Of a DNA stretch of 64,000 bases, positions 48,311-57,872 are shown piece after piece; position 1 is the first letter of the stretch; each line of letters opens with the position of its first letter. The stretch spans positions 30,102 through 94,101 of the forward strand of contig CACLYQ010000001.1 in NCBI GenBank assembly GCA_902611175.1, read 5' to 3'. The notes under the pieces are model-generated. The model was not told the DNA's origin. It searched no databases and saw only the letters and a list, made by a program, of their open reading frames with translations. Source of the DNA: an uncultured Pelagibacteraceae bacterium. GTDB lineage: Bacteria > Pseudomonadota > Alphaproteobacteria > Pelagibacterales > Pelagibacteraceae. Both the position numbers and the translations under genes were made by a program.

Positions 48311-49350
48311 TTTGATCTCATAGATTTCATGACTATTACTCTATCTATCTCACCTAATAGCTTTCCACTTTCATTACAAACTACTGGATAAGTTTTATCA
48401 TTATCAATTAGCCTATCTATTAAGTTTTCAATTTTAGAATTATCTAAAATATTATCTTTTCCATCCTCAAATAAATTTTTTGTTTCATCGCAGCATTCCG
48501 TTCTCATGACTTTGCCTGCGCTTAATACTTTATATTTAGGAACATCTTCACAAAAATCTTTAACATATTGATCTTTTGGATTAGATACAATTTCCTCAGG
48601 TGTACCAACTTGAGAAACTTCTCCATCTTTCATAATTGCAATGTGATCTCCCATTTTAATTGCCTCTAAAAAATCGTGAGTTATAAATACCATAGTTTTT
48701 TGAAGCTTTTCTTGGATCTTTAAAAGCTCATCTTGCATCTCTCTTCTAATCAAAGGATCCAATGCTGAAAAAGGTTCATCAAAAATTAATATTTCAGGAT
48801 CCACAGCTAGTGCTCTTGCAAGTCCTACCCTTTGCTGCATACCTCCAGATAATTCTCTTGGATAATTATTATGCCAACCATCTAAGCCAACCATTTTTAA
48901 AACTTCCATTGACTTTTCTGTTCTTATATCTTTTTTTGTTCCCCTTACTTCTAATCCATAACCAATATTTTCTAGGACTGTTCTATGAGGAAATAAACCA
49001 AAATGTTGGAAAACCATGCTCATTTTATTTCTTCTTAATTCTAATAATTCACTTGCACTCATTTTTGTAACTTCAACATCATCCATTTTCACTACGCCAG
49101 CTGTTGGTTCAATCAATCGCGAAATACATCTGACTAGTGTTGATTTTCCACTACCAGATAATCCCATTACTACAAATGTTTCACCTTTTTGAATTGAGAA
49201 ACTGACATCTTTTACAGCAACAACATGTCCTGTCTTTTCTTGAACTTCCTTAATACTTAAATTTTTATCAAGGTTTTTAATAATTCTTTTTTCGTCTGGT
49301 CCAAATAACTTCCAAATATTTGTACAGGTGATTTTTTGTTCTACAGACAT
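48304..49350 (-). CDS. proV: Quaternary amine ABC transporter ATPase (ProV/OpuAA type)
   Basis: WKLFG, GHVVAV, GLSGSGKS, VFQHFGLFPH, LSGGMQQR, DEPFSALDPLIRREMQDEL. Confidence 0.92.
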   Translation of the reverse strand: MSVEQKITCTNIWKLFGPDEKRIIKNLDKNLSIKEVQEKTGHVVAVKDVSFSIQKGETFVVMGLSGSGKSTLVRCISRLIEPTAGVVKMDDVEVTKMSASELLELRRNKMSMVFQHFGLFPHRTVLENIGYGLEVRGTKKDIRTEKSMEVLKMVGLDGWHNNYPRELSGGMQQRVGLARALAVDPEILIFDEPFSALDPLIRREMQDELLKIQEKLQKTMVFITHDFLEAIKMGDHIAIMKDGEVSQVGTPEEIVSNPKDQYVKDFCEDVPKYKVLSAGKVMRTECCDETKNLFEDGKDNILDNSKIENLIDRLIDNDKTYPVVCNESGKLLGEIDRVIVMKSMRSNQ

Positions 49351-49427
49351 TTTTAATAAATAATATTACCCCAAAAATAGACAATATTTTACTTTAAATG
49401 TAAAATTATTTATTTTAATTTGCGAAC

Positions 49428-51548
49428 ATGGCTACTAGAACTGATTTAATAAATAATTCAAATCAATCGAAAAACATAATAACTTATGTAATTATTGGAG
49501 TTGTTTTTTTGGTAGCACTCTGGCTATCTACTCAAAGTGAAGGGCCTTCAAAATTTCCTAAAGAAGTCACTGATAAATTTACATTTACAGCTTGGGTGAA
49601 TGACGGAGAAGATTATTTAAAAAAAAATTACAGATGGGTCACTAAAATTATAGCAAGCTATATAAAAGAAACTTATTATTTTTTAGAAGACTTTTTGCTT
49701 GAGTCTCCTTGGATTTTGATAGCTGCAATAATTATAATCCCCTGCATAATTGCGGGTGGTTTGCGATTGGGAATTTACTCTTCTTTTGTAGTTTATTTTT
49801 GGGGAGCAACAGGGATGTGGGAACCATCCTTACAAACAGTGGCCTTGATGGGTCTGTCAGTTTTATTATGTGTATTTTTTGGATTTATACTGGGTGTCTT
49901 GTGTTCACAAAGTAATAGATTTGAAAATTTCATGAAGCCAGTATTAGATACTATGCAAGTAATGCCAGCATTTGTGTATTTGTTCCCAGCATTATTTTTT
50001 TTTGGGATAGGAGGTGCTCCAGCAATATTAGCTACAATGATATATGCAATGCCTCCAATAATAAGATTGACAAACACTGGTATAAGACAAGTACCAGCTC
50101 AAACTATAGAGTCTGCCACTTCCTTTGGTTCAAGTAAGCTTCAGCTATTATTTAAAATTAAAATTCCTTTATCTCTACCAAGTATAATGATGGGTATTAA
50201 TCAGGTAATAATGATGGCATTGGCATTAGTTGTTCTTGCATGTTTTATAGGTGCCGAAGGTATTGGTGGTCAAGTTTGGCAAGCAATAAGAAGATTGGAC
50301 GTTGGCTGGGCAATGGAAGGTGGGCTATGTATTCTATTTATGGCGATAATGTTTGATAGGTTTAGCTTAGCGTTTAGTAAAGATAAAGAAAGACTTCCTT
50401 CAGATGTACAAAGATTTTATTTACTTCCTCAAAGTTGGGAAAAATATCAAATCGCAAAAATTTTAGAAATGCCGTTAAATTTTGGGAATAAGATTTTAAA
50501 AATCATATGTCAAACAGTTACATCTGCAATAGCAACAGTATTTAGAATCTTAGTCTCAGTTTTTAATAAATCCACAGCTGAAAACATCGGTGAATTTATT
50601 AGCAAAAGATATTATGTAATTCCTTATTTTTTAGTTTTATTTCTAATTGCATTTATAGATCATTACTTTCTAGAAGTAGGAACATTTCCAAAAGAATGGA
50701 AATTATCAATAAGACAACCAATTACTAATGCGGTGGAAAGCTTGACTGTAAATCCAGGATTTATTTCTTTTGCAAAAGGTTTAAGAGCTTTTGTTTATTT
50801 AAATTTGTTAAGACCTTTAGATGTTTTCCTAACTCAAATACCTTGGTGGTATACATTAGCAGTATTTTCGGCTTTAGGTTATGTAACTGTTGGAATAAGA
50901 TTTGCAATAATTACTGCAGTACTTCTTCTATTCATTGGTGCATGTGGAATATGGACACAATCAATGATAACTTTATCCTCAGTACTTGTGTCTGTGGTGC
51001 TGTGTTTTGTTATAGGAGTTCCTCTTGGAATAATTGCATCTTACAATGAAAGATTTAGAAATATTCAAAACGTTGTGTTGGATGCAATGCAGACACTTCC
51101 TTATTTCTGTTATTTAATTCCTGTTCTAATGTTTTTTGGTGGTGGAACAGTGTCAGCTGTTCTTGCAACTGTAATATATTCAATTCCGCCAATAATTCGA
51201 TTAACATCTCTAGGTTTAACACAGGTTTCTGGCACTTACTCTGAAGTATCGAGATCATTTGGTGGAACACTTATTCAAACATTAAATAAAGTTAAGTTCC
51301 CGTTAGCTATTCCAAGTTTAGTTATTGGATTTAATCAGACTGTAATTATGGCTTTTGCAATGCAAATAGTTACACCACTTATTGGTGGTAAGGGCTTAGG
51401 TCTAGAAGTCTTTAATGGTCTTGCAAGATCAGATACTGGAAGAGGATTAGCAGCTGGTATTGGAATAGTATTACTGGCTATTATTATTGATAGAATTACA
51501 CTTGCGTGGACTAAGAAACAAAGAGAAGCTTTAGGCTTAATAAGCTAA
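49428..51548 (+). CDS. proW: Quaternary amine ABC permease with two fused ProW domains
   Basis: Duplicated LD.MQ..P.F.YL.P and PPIIRLT motifs, two EAA-like loops (IESATSFG, SEVSRSFG); 706 aa. Confidence 0.9.
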   Translation: MATRTDLINNSNQSKNIITYVIIGVVFLVALWLSTQSEGPSKFPKEVTDKFTFTAWVNDGEDYLKKNYRWVTKIIASYIKETYYFLEDFLLESPWILIAAIIIIPCIIAGGLRLGIYSSFVVYFWGATGMWEPSLQTVALMGLSVLLCVFFGFILGVLCSQSNRFENFMKPVLDTMQVMPAFVYLFPALFFFGIGGAPAILATMIYAMPPIIRLTNTGIRQVPAQTIESATSFGSSKLQLLFKIKIPLSLPSIMMGINQVIMMALALVVLACFIGAEGIGGQVWQAIRRLDVGWAMEGGLCILFMAIMFDRFSLAFSKDKERLPSDVQRFYLLPQSWEKYQIAKILEMPLNFGNKILKIICQTVTSAIATVFRILVSVFNKSTAENIGEFISKRYYVIPYFLVLFLIAFIDHYFLEVGTFPKEWKLSIRQPITNAVESLTVNPGFISFAKGLRAFVYLNLLRPLDVFLTQIPWWYTLAVFSALGYVTVGIRFAIITAVLLLFIGACGIWTQSMITLSSVLVSVVLCFVIGVPLGIIASYNERFRNIQNVVLDAMQTLPYFCYLIPVLMFFGGGTVSAVLATVIYSIPPIIRLTSLGLTQVSGTYSEVSRSFGGTLIQTLNKVKFPLAIPSLVIGFNQTVIMAFAMQIVTPLIGGKGLGLEVFNGLARSDTGRGLAAGIGIVLLAIIIDRITLAWTKKQREALGLIS

Positions 51549-51571
51549 GACAAATAGTACTATTTGCGTGG

Positions 51572-51601
51572 TTTACATACCAATACATTTTGATCTAAAA
51601 T
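51572..51601 (+). promoter_or_regulatory. Putative internal sigma70-like promoter for the SBP gene
   Basis: TTTACA-N18-TAAAAT about 33 nt upstream of the ATG; flanked and overlapped by palindromes. Confidence 0.4.
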
Positions 51602-51634
51602 GTGTTTTTAATTAATTAAAAAGAGAGGAAATAA

Positions 51635-52639
51635 ATGAAGTTATCAAAAAAGATATCAGCACTAATTCTTTCTGTAGCTTTGTTAATTGGAAGCTTTGGT
51701 CAAGCCAACGCAGCCAAAAGACTTCATGCAGCTATAGCAGATTGGACTGGTGGGATAATTACTTGCGAAGTTGCCGTAGCAATTCTTGAAAGAGAAATGG
51801 GATACAAAATTAAACAAACTGTATTTCCTTCAGGAACTGGTTTATGGGAAGCAATCGCTGCAGGTGAGTTGGACTTCGCTTGCGAAAGTTGGCCAAGTTA
51901 CGCTGAAGCTGACACTGTTATGTTAAAAGAGGACTTAATATACGAAGGTAAAGTCGTTGGGACATACAGTGGTGATGGAAGTGTAGATTTACTTGGAACA
52001 GCAGGAATAATCGGTATGTCAGACTACTGGATACCAAGATATGCTGCTGAAGAACTAGGTATTAAAACTTGGAAAGACTTAAATAAACACAAAGCAAAAT
52101 TTGCAACAATTGAAAGTGGTAAGAAAGGTAGACTTATTGGATGTCCGGTTGCAGGTTGGAACTGTCATGACCAAAAAAGACTTGATCTGTTAGGAATAGA
52201 CTTCCAGGCTGATGAACTTGGAACAGAAGCTGCTGCTATCGCAGAAGCAAAAGCTGCTTACATGCGAAAAGAGCCATTTCTACTTTATTTATGGTCACCA
52301 CATTGGTTCTTTGGTGAGTATGATATGGTTGGTGTACAACTTCCAGAACACAAAACTTGTGACAGCTTCACTGAAGCAAATAACTGGAAAGATTGTGGAA
52401 CTGCTGCATGGCCAGCAACTGGTTGGGCTAAAGATTACACGATGAACTACGGAAACCCAGCTACTTTTGCTAGTGCAGAACATGCTGATGCTAAGAAGTT
52501 CTTTGAAAAAATGTCTTTACAAAATATTGACCAAGCTAAAATGTTAGTTGAAGTTGATATTAAGAAAAGAGATGTAAAAGAAGTTGTTAATGAGTGGTTA
52601 GACAATAATCCAGATAAATGGAAAAGTTGGCTTCCATAA
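51635..52639 (+). CDS. proX: ProX/OpuAC-family substrate-binding protein (quaternary amine)
   Basis: Signal peptide; ADWTG, ILEREMGY, ESWP, GRLIGCP..GWNC, YLWSPHW; SD GAGAGGA. Confidence 0.87.
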   Translation: MKLSKKISALILSVALLIGSFGQANAAKRLHAAIADWTGGIITCEVAVAILEREMGYKIKQTVFPSGTGLWEAIAAGELDFACESWPSYAEADTVMLKEDLIYEGKVVGTYSGDGSVDLLGTAGIIGMSDYWIPRYAAEELGIKTWKDLNKHKAKFATIESGKKGRLIGCPVAGWNCHDQKRLDLLGIDFQADELGTEAAAIAEAKAAYMRKEPFLLYLWSPHWFFGEYDMVGVQLPEHKTCDSFTEANNWKDCGTAAWPATGWAKDYTMNYGNPATFASAEHADAKKFFEKMSLQNIDQAKMLVEVDIKKRDVKEVVNEWLDNNPDKWKSWLP

Positions 52640-52660
52640 TAACTTTAAAATAAATTAGAT

Positions 52661-52696
52661 AAAAGGGCTTTGATATTTTCAAAGCCCTTTTTTTTA
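52661..52696. terminator. Bidirectional intrinsic terminator
   Basis: AAAAGGGCTTTGA-tattt-TCAAAGCCCTTTT plus T-run, between the convergent proX and BBOX genes. Confidence 0.85.
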
Positions 52697-53818
52697 TTTC
52701 TTAAGATAATTTAATCTACCCACAATTTCATCTCTATCCATATAATAACCTTGTAGGTGTCTGTGTCCAGAATTTGGATCAAACTCAGTTCTTCCGTGAA
52801 GTACTCTTCTATTATTGAATGTATATATATCTCCAGGTCTAAGTCTAAATTTTATTTGAAATTTATCATCGTGTAAAAGTTTTCCAAATTTATGGTGAGA
52901 TTTATAAACTTTATCCATTTGATCTGGATGACAATCTAAAGCGTCCATGGTTGCAGTGCTAAATCTAACATCATTATAATCACCATCTTTTGTTAAACTT
53001 ATTGCAGTGCCATAAAAGCTTCTATGAGCTTTTTGTGTATAATCTTTGTCTCTAAACTTTAAAGGTATTTTTGTTAGCGTATCAAAAGTATCTTTATCGT
53101 TTTTCTTTAAATATTCTGCTACAGCGAAAGCATCTACTGCAGATGAGTCACCCCCTTTTGCTGAATTAACTAAACAATGCAAAAATTGATATCCAGGAGG
53201 ATTTTCAAACCATGGTAAATCCATATGATTTTGAAGTGCATGGGCTGTATAAGCTGAGTTATTCGGTTTTGGTATATTTATAACTTCAAAAGGTGTTTTA
53301 AAAAATGTCTCTCTTGTGTGACTAATTCTATTTAAAACAGGAAACGCTGAATTTTTTTCTACTGGAGCATTATAAACTATAGCTATTCCTTTATAGTGAA
53401 GAAGCTCTAACCATTTAATTAATCCCTCTTCAGAAGATATAATTTCGTTGTGATCTATATATATACTATTAATATTTTTTTCTAAACTACTATCCCATAA
53501 TTTATAAGGTGATTTGTATTCTTCGTTATTTTTTATCGTGTAACAATTTTCTCTAAGCCAACTAATATCATAATGGCTTACATGATTTCCCTCGCTCCAC
53601 TCTATTTCTAATTTACCGTCGCTATTAAGATTATATTTTTTTGGGTTTATATTTTCTGATACATCTAAAATATTAAACATTCTATGCCTAGAATCTTTAT
53701 CGTGTGCTGTAGGGCAATTATCTCTCAGCCACATATAATTAAATTTACTCTCTTTCCCATCATCCCAAATTACTTGAAGATAAGTCCCATTTTTTGAGAT
53801 TTTTGAAATTGAGTACAT
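52694..53818 (-). CDS. Gamma-butyrobetaine dioxygenase-like (Fe/2-oxoglutarate, TauD family with N-terminal DUF971-type domain)
   Basis: WLRDNCP and W..GNH.S.Y...WL N-terminal domain; AYT..L..HMDLP (HxD), QFLHC, VDAF, FNNRRVLHGR, RHLQGYY; ATG 53818 preferred over TTG 53830. Confidence 0.82.
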   Translation of the reverse strand: MYSISKISKNGTYLQVIWDDGKESKFNYMWLRDNCPTAHDKDSRHRMFNILDVSENINPKKYNLNSDGKLEIEWSEGNHVSHYDISWLRENCYTIKNNEEYKSPYKLWDSSLEKNINSIYIDHNEIISSEEGLIKWLELLHYKGIAIVYNAPVEKNSAFPVLNRISHTRETFFKTPFEVINIPKPNNSAYTAHALQNHMDLPWFENPPGYQFLHCLVNSAKGGDSSAVDAFAVAEYLKKNDKDTFDTLTKIPLKFRDKDYTQKAHRSFYGTAISLTKDGDYNDVRFSTATMDALDCHPDQMDKVYKSHHKFGKLLHDDKFQIKFRLRPGDIYTFNNRRVLHGRTEFDPNSGHRHLQGYYMDRDEIVGRLNYLKK

Positions 53819-53920
53819 AATCGATATCAATATAAAATAATTTAATGCTCAATTCAATTATTAGTTGACATATTAATAGTTGGAAGATTTGTTAGTTTGA
53901 ATTATCTTTTAAAATTAAAA

Positions 53921-54706
53921 ATGAGCATTACCTTAAAAAATAAAAAAATAATCATATCCGCAGGAGGTTCAGGTATTGGATGGAGTTCCGCAAAAATATT
54001 TTTAGATAAAGGTGCAACAGTATATCTTTGTGATATCAATTCTATTTTTCTAAATAAATGCAAGAAGCACAAACTCAATAATAAAAAATTATTTGTATTT
54101 CAGTGTGATGCCTCGGATGAGAACCAAGTAAAAAATTTTTTTAGCAAAATATTAAAAAAAACAAAAAAAATTGATGCTCTAATAAATAACGTTGGAATCG
54201 CTGGCCCAACCGGGACACTTGAAAAATTAAAAAGTAAGGATTGGGAAAATACATTAAAGGTAAACGTTATTAGCCATTTTTATTTTTCAAAATATTCAAT
54301 TCCAATGCTAAAAAAAAATAAAGGTGGAGCTATAATAAATTTATCATCAACCGCAGGTATATTTGGATTTCCATTAAGATCTCCTTACTGTGCAAGTAAG
54401 TGGGCAGTTGTCGGCATAACCAAAACACTGGCAATGGAACTAGGAAAATTTAAAATTAGAGTAAACGCTATTTGTCCTGGAACAATTAAGGGAGATAGAA
54501 TGGGTAGAGTGATAAGGGATAAATCGAAGTTTTTAAATGTTTCAAAAAAATTAATAGAAAAAGAATTTGTTTCAATGACTTCAATGAATACCTGGGTATA
54601 TGAAGAGGATATCGGAGGAATTTGTAGCTTTTTAATTTCGAATGATGCACCAAGGATATCAGGACAAGTAATTGCTGTAGACGGCAATACTTTAAGAATG
54701 CATTAG
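53921..54706 (+). CDS. Short-chain dehydrogenase/reductase
   Basis: AGGSGIG, NNVGIAGP, NLSS, YCASK, NAICPG, VDG; ATG at 53921 preferred. Confidence 0.92.
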   Translation: MSITLKNKKIIISAGGSGIGWSSAKIFLDKGATVYLCDINSIFLNKCKKHKLNNKKLFVFQCDASDENQVKNFFSKILKKTKKIDALINNVGIAGPTGTLEKLKSKDWENTLKVNVISHFYFSKYSIPMLKKNKGGAIINLSSTAGIFGFPLRSPYCASKWAVVGITKTLAMELGKFKIRVNAICPGTIKGDRMGRVIRDKSKFLNVSKKLIEKEFVSMTSMNTWVYEEDIGGICSFLISNDAPRISGQVIAVDGNTLRMH

Positions 54707-54709
54707 TTA

Positions 54710-55120
54710 TTAAACTTTAGTATTTTTTTCGCTTATTTCCATAAATGGAAAATGAGACTCTTTATAATGTATGTTCTCTGCTTTGTTTAAAAAACTAATA
54801 TCATCTAGCAAACCTGCATATAAATAATATTTTTTATACTTTTCTACATAAGTTAAAATAGGAGCAGCGCATTTCCCACAAAAATGTTTTTTAATTTTAT
54901 TACCACTACCACCTTCATGTTCATAAATTTTTAATTTAGACTTATCTATATTTATTGCTCCATCTCTAAGTAGTATAATTGTCATCATTCCTCCTATTTT
55001 TTTTCTACAATCAATGCAATGACAATTGAAAACTAAAGGGACTTCATCAAGCTTAACGTTAAAAGTTATATCTCCACAGATACATCCACCAGTTTTATTT
55101 ATTAAAATTTTTTCTTTCAT
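54710..55120 (-). CDS. GFA/CENP-V family zinc protein (1)
   Basis: GGCICG, CHCIDCRK, FCGKC; TGATG coupling to the carnitine dehydrogenase. Confidence 0.87.
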   Translation of the reverse strand: MKEKILINKTGGCICGDITFNVKLDEVPLVFNCHCIDCRKKIGGMMTIILLRDGAINIDKSKLKIYEHEGGSGNKIKKHFCGKCAAPILTYVEKYKKYYLYAGLLDDISFLNKAENIHYKESHFPFMEISEKNTKV

Positions 55121-56061
55121 CAATTTCTAATTTTATTCTCATATTTTTTTCTAATTTTTAATACATCAACTAAATATTGGTCTCTAATATTTGAAAGCAT
55201 ATTAATTGATTTACCTTTAGCTTGTTTTCTTGTGCCTGATATAAGTTTATCAGATAATTTATTTGTTAACTTTGGAGCTTTCAATTTTGTCCAGGGTAAT
55301 TTTAAAGCTGGACCAAATTGCTTTAACATATGTTTCATTCCTGCATTACCTCCAGCAAGATGAAAGGTTAAAAAGGTACCCATTATTGAGTATCTAAGAC
55401 CTGGTCCATCTTCTATTGCACGATCTAATTCCTGTGTTGTTGCATAATTTTCATTAATAATATGTAAACCTTCTCTCCACAATGCCTCTTGAAGTCTATC
55501 CGATAAATAGCCTGGTAATTCTTTTTTAAGCATAATTGGCTTCATTGAAATTGATTTGTAATATTTATTTGCATCTGAAAGAAACTTTCTTGTGGTTTTT
55601 TTTCCAGGAACTATTTCAACTGCTGGCAATAAATAAGCTGGGTTAAATGGATGTCCAATTATGCCTCTTTGAGGATTTTTACTCTTAGAAAAAATTTTAG
55701 AGGGTAAAAGTCCTGATGAACTTGAAGAAATAATTACATTAGATTTTACATATTTAGAGATTTTTTGAATTAAATCAGTTTTAACTTTATAATTCTCTAA
55801 TACACTTTCTTGAACAAAATCCACATTTGAAAGAGCCTTTTCCAAAGAATTAAAGAATTTTAAATTTTTAATTAAAATTTTTTTTCCGAAGAGTTTTTTT
55901 ATACTTTTTGAAGTTCTTTTTATTTCTTTTAAAACATAATTTTTAAGATTTTTGTTTTGATCATATGCATGAACAATTTTGTTGTGAGCTAAATTCCTTA
56001 TTATCCAGCCAGTGCCTATGACACCAGTTCCAACTATTCCTACAGTTTTAATTTTTGACAT
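55120..56061 (-). CDS. cdhA: L-carnitine 3-dehydrogenase
   Basis: GTGVIGTGW, FVQES, SSSSGL, GHPFNP.YLLP.VE, DRLQEALWRE, GPGLR, FHLAGG.AGM.HM..QFGPALKLPWTKL. Confidence 0.88.
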   Translation of the reverse strand: MSKIKTVGIVGTGVIGTGWIIRNLAHNKIVHAYDQNKNLKNYVLKEIKRTSKSIKKLFGKKILIKNLKFFNSLEKALSNVDFVQESVLENYKVKTDLIQKISKYVKSNVIISSSSSGLLPSKIFSKSKNPQRGIIGHPFNPAYLLPAVEIVPGKKTTRKFLSDANKYYKSISMKPIMLKKELPGYLSDRLQEALWREGLHIINENYATTQELDRAIEDGPGLRYSIMGTFLTFHLAGGNAGMKHMLKQFGPALKLPWTKLKAPKLTNKLSDKLISGTRKQAKGKSINMLSNIRDQYLVDVLKIRKKYENKIRN

Positions 56062-56948
56062 TACTTGTGTTTTACAAGCTTTAATTTTTCTCTTGTCTCT
56101 GAAGGTGACATAATCTCTACACCAAGATCTGTGACGATCCTTATAGCTTTCTCAACTAATTGAGGATTGGTTGCCAATTTACCTTTTGATAAATATAAAT
56201 TATCCTCTAAACCAACTCTTGGGTTACCTCCCATTACTACAGTTTGAGCAACATATGGCATTTCGTTTTTAGATATTGCAAAACCTGACCATATACCTTC
56301 TTTAGGCATTATATCTTTCATCGCTTGCATAGCTAATGGTGTTGCCGGTGCTCCCCATGGAATTCCTAAACACATTTGAAAAAGAGGTGGATCACTTAAT
56401 AATCCCTCTTTATATAATTGAGCACCAAACCACATATTTCCTAAATCAAAAGCTTCTATTTCAGGTTTAACTTTTATTTCTTGAAGTTTTTTTGCAGCTT
56501 TTCTTAAATCGTTTGGTGTATTAACTGTAATAACAGAACTGTCTCCAAAATTTAAAGTTCCACAATCAAGTGTACATATTTCTGGAAGAAATTGTTCTGC
56601 ATTAGCAATTCTTTCCATCACATTTGCCATATCTGTCATTGGACCAAAGTCTAAAGGGTTCTTACCTTGGCCAATATCTAAATCACCACCCATGCCCGTT
56701 GTAAGATTAAGAATTACATCAGTTTCAGATGATCTCACTCTGTCAACCACTTCTTTATAAAGCTCAAGTCGTCTACTTGGTGTTCCATCTTCTTCTCTGA
56801 CATGGATATGGGCAATTGCAGCACCAGCTTTAGCAGACTCTATTGCCGCTTTTGCAATTTGTTCTGGAGTTTTAGGTAAATCAGGATGTTTACTTGCTGT
56901 ATCACCAGATCCTGTAACTGCACACGAGATGAAGACCTTATTGTTCAT
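56061..56948 (-). CDS. cdhC: 3-dehydrocarnitine cleavage enzyme (BKACE/DUF849)
   Basis: CAVTGSG, AHIHVR, NLTTGMGGD, PEICTLDCGTLNF, KPEIEAFD, RVGLEDN; coupled to the carnitine dehydrogenase. Confidence 0.85.
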   Translation of the reverse strand: MNNKVFISCAVTGSGDTASKHPDLPKTPEQIAKAAIESAKAGAAIAHIHVREEDGTPSRRLELYKEVVDRVRSSETDVILNLTTGMGGDLDIGQGKNPLDFGPMTDMANVMERIANAEQFLPEICTLDCGTLNFGDSSVITVNTPNDLRKAAKKLQEIKVKPEIEAFDLGNMWFGAQLYKEGLLSDPPLFQMCLGIPWGAPATPLAMQAMKDIMPKEGIWSGFAISKNEMPYVAQTVVMGGNPRVGLEDNLYLSKGKLATNPQLVEKAIRIVTDLGVEIMSPSETREKLKLVKHK

Positions 56949-57007
56949 TTTTATTTCTAGGAAAATATAATATCATATCATTAACAATTATAAGAAATAA
57001 AAATTAA

Positions 57008-57868
57008 ATGGACTTAAATAAACTAAGAGTTAGACGTAGCTTTATATTCACACCAGGTCTTCAACCAGAGATGTTTCCAAAAGCCTTAGCTTCAGGGGCT
57101 GATATGGTTTGTATAGAATTAGAAGATGGGATAGCCATGAAGGATAAAGATGAGGCAAGGAAAAATACTATTAAAGCATTAAAGTCACTAGAAGTAAAAA
57201 ATGATGTTGAATTAGTTGTTAGGTTAAATTGTCAAAGAACTAAAAACGGTCTTTTAGACTTAGAAGCAATTGCTTCAAATAAACTAAAAGTTAAAGCTAT
57301 CATGTTACCTAAAGTTAAAACGCCTGACGAAATTACATTTATTGATGACATGCTTACTGATTGTGGTTTAGATACTGATCTTCATGTTATAATGGAAACT
57401 AATCAAGCTCTTGAAAGCATTTACGATATTGCACATTCTAGCGATAGAATAGTTGCTCTTTATTTTGGAGGAGAAGATATGGCAGCAGAATTGAGAGTGG
57501 AAAACAAATTAGAGAATTTAGTTTATGCAAGATCAAGGTTGGTTCACGCTGGTGCAAGTAAAGGAGTAGATGTTATTGATGTTCCTTATTTAAATTTAGA
57601 AGATATGGAAGGTATGAAAAAAGAAGCTCAGTTTGTTAAAAATTTAGGTTTCACTGGGAAAGGATCTATTCATCCAAAGCAAATAAGTATTTTAAATGAA
57701 ATTTTTACTCCATCAGAGGAAGAAATAAGTAAAGCTAAAAGAATTATGGATCAATTTAAAAAAGCAAATACAGGTTTAGTTGTAATAGATGGTAAATTGA
57801 TAGAAAGACCTGTTTTAAGAGAGATGCAAAGAAAATTGTTAGTAGCGGATAAAATAAATAAAGGCTAA
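57008..57868 (+). CDS. CitE/HpcH-family CoA-ester lyase/thioesterase
   Basis: RRSFIFTPG, ELEDG, VVRLN, MLPKV, IMET, FGGEDM, IDVP, GFTGKGSIHPKQ, DGKLIERP. Confidence 0.88.
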   Translation: MDLNKLRVRRSFIFTPGLQPEMFPKALASGADMVCIELEDGIAMKDKDEARKNTIKALKSLEVKNDVELVVRLNCQRTKNGLLDLEAIASNKLKVKAIMLPKVKTPDEITFIDDMLTDCGLDTDLHVIMETNQALESIYDIAHSSDRIVALYFGGEDMAAELRVENKLENLVYARSRLVHAGASKGVDVIDVPYLNLEDMEGMKKEAQFVKNLGFTGKGSIHPKQISILNEIFTPSEEEISKAKRIMDQFKKANTGLVVIDGKLIERPVLREMQRKLLVADKINKG

Positions 57869-57872
57869 TAAA

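Noticed and set aside
51635-52639. TMAO-binding protein TmoX (suggested by the fused permease and gmaS in the window)
   Set aside because: It lacks the TmoX-like HNWSSQ / EVWEG motifs as I recall them, and its context is carnitine/butyrobetaine genes.
53865-53898. Perfect TTGACA -35 box upstream of the SDR
   Set aside because: No acceptable -10 hexamer at 16-18 nt spacing, so it is not called as a promoter.
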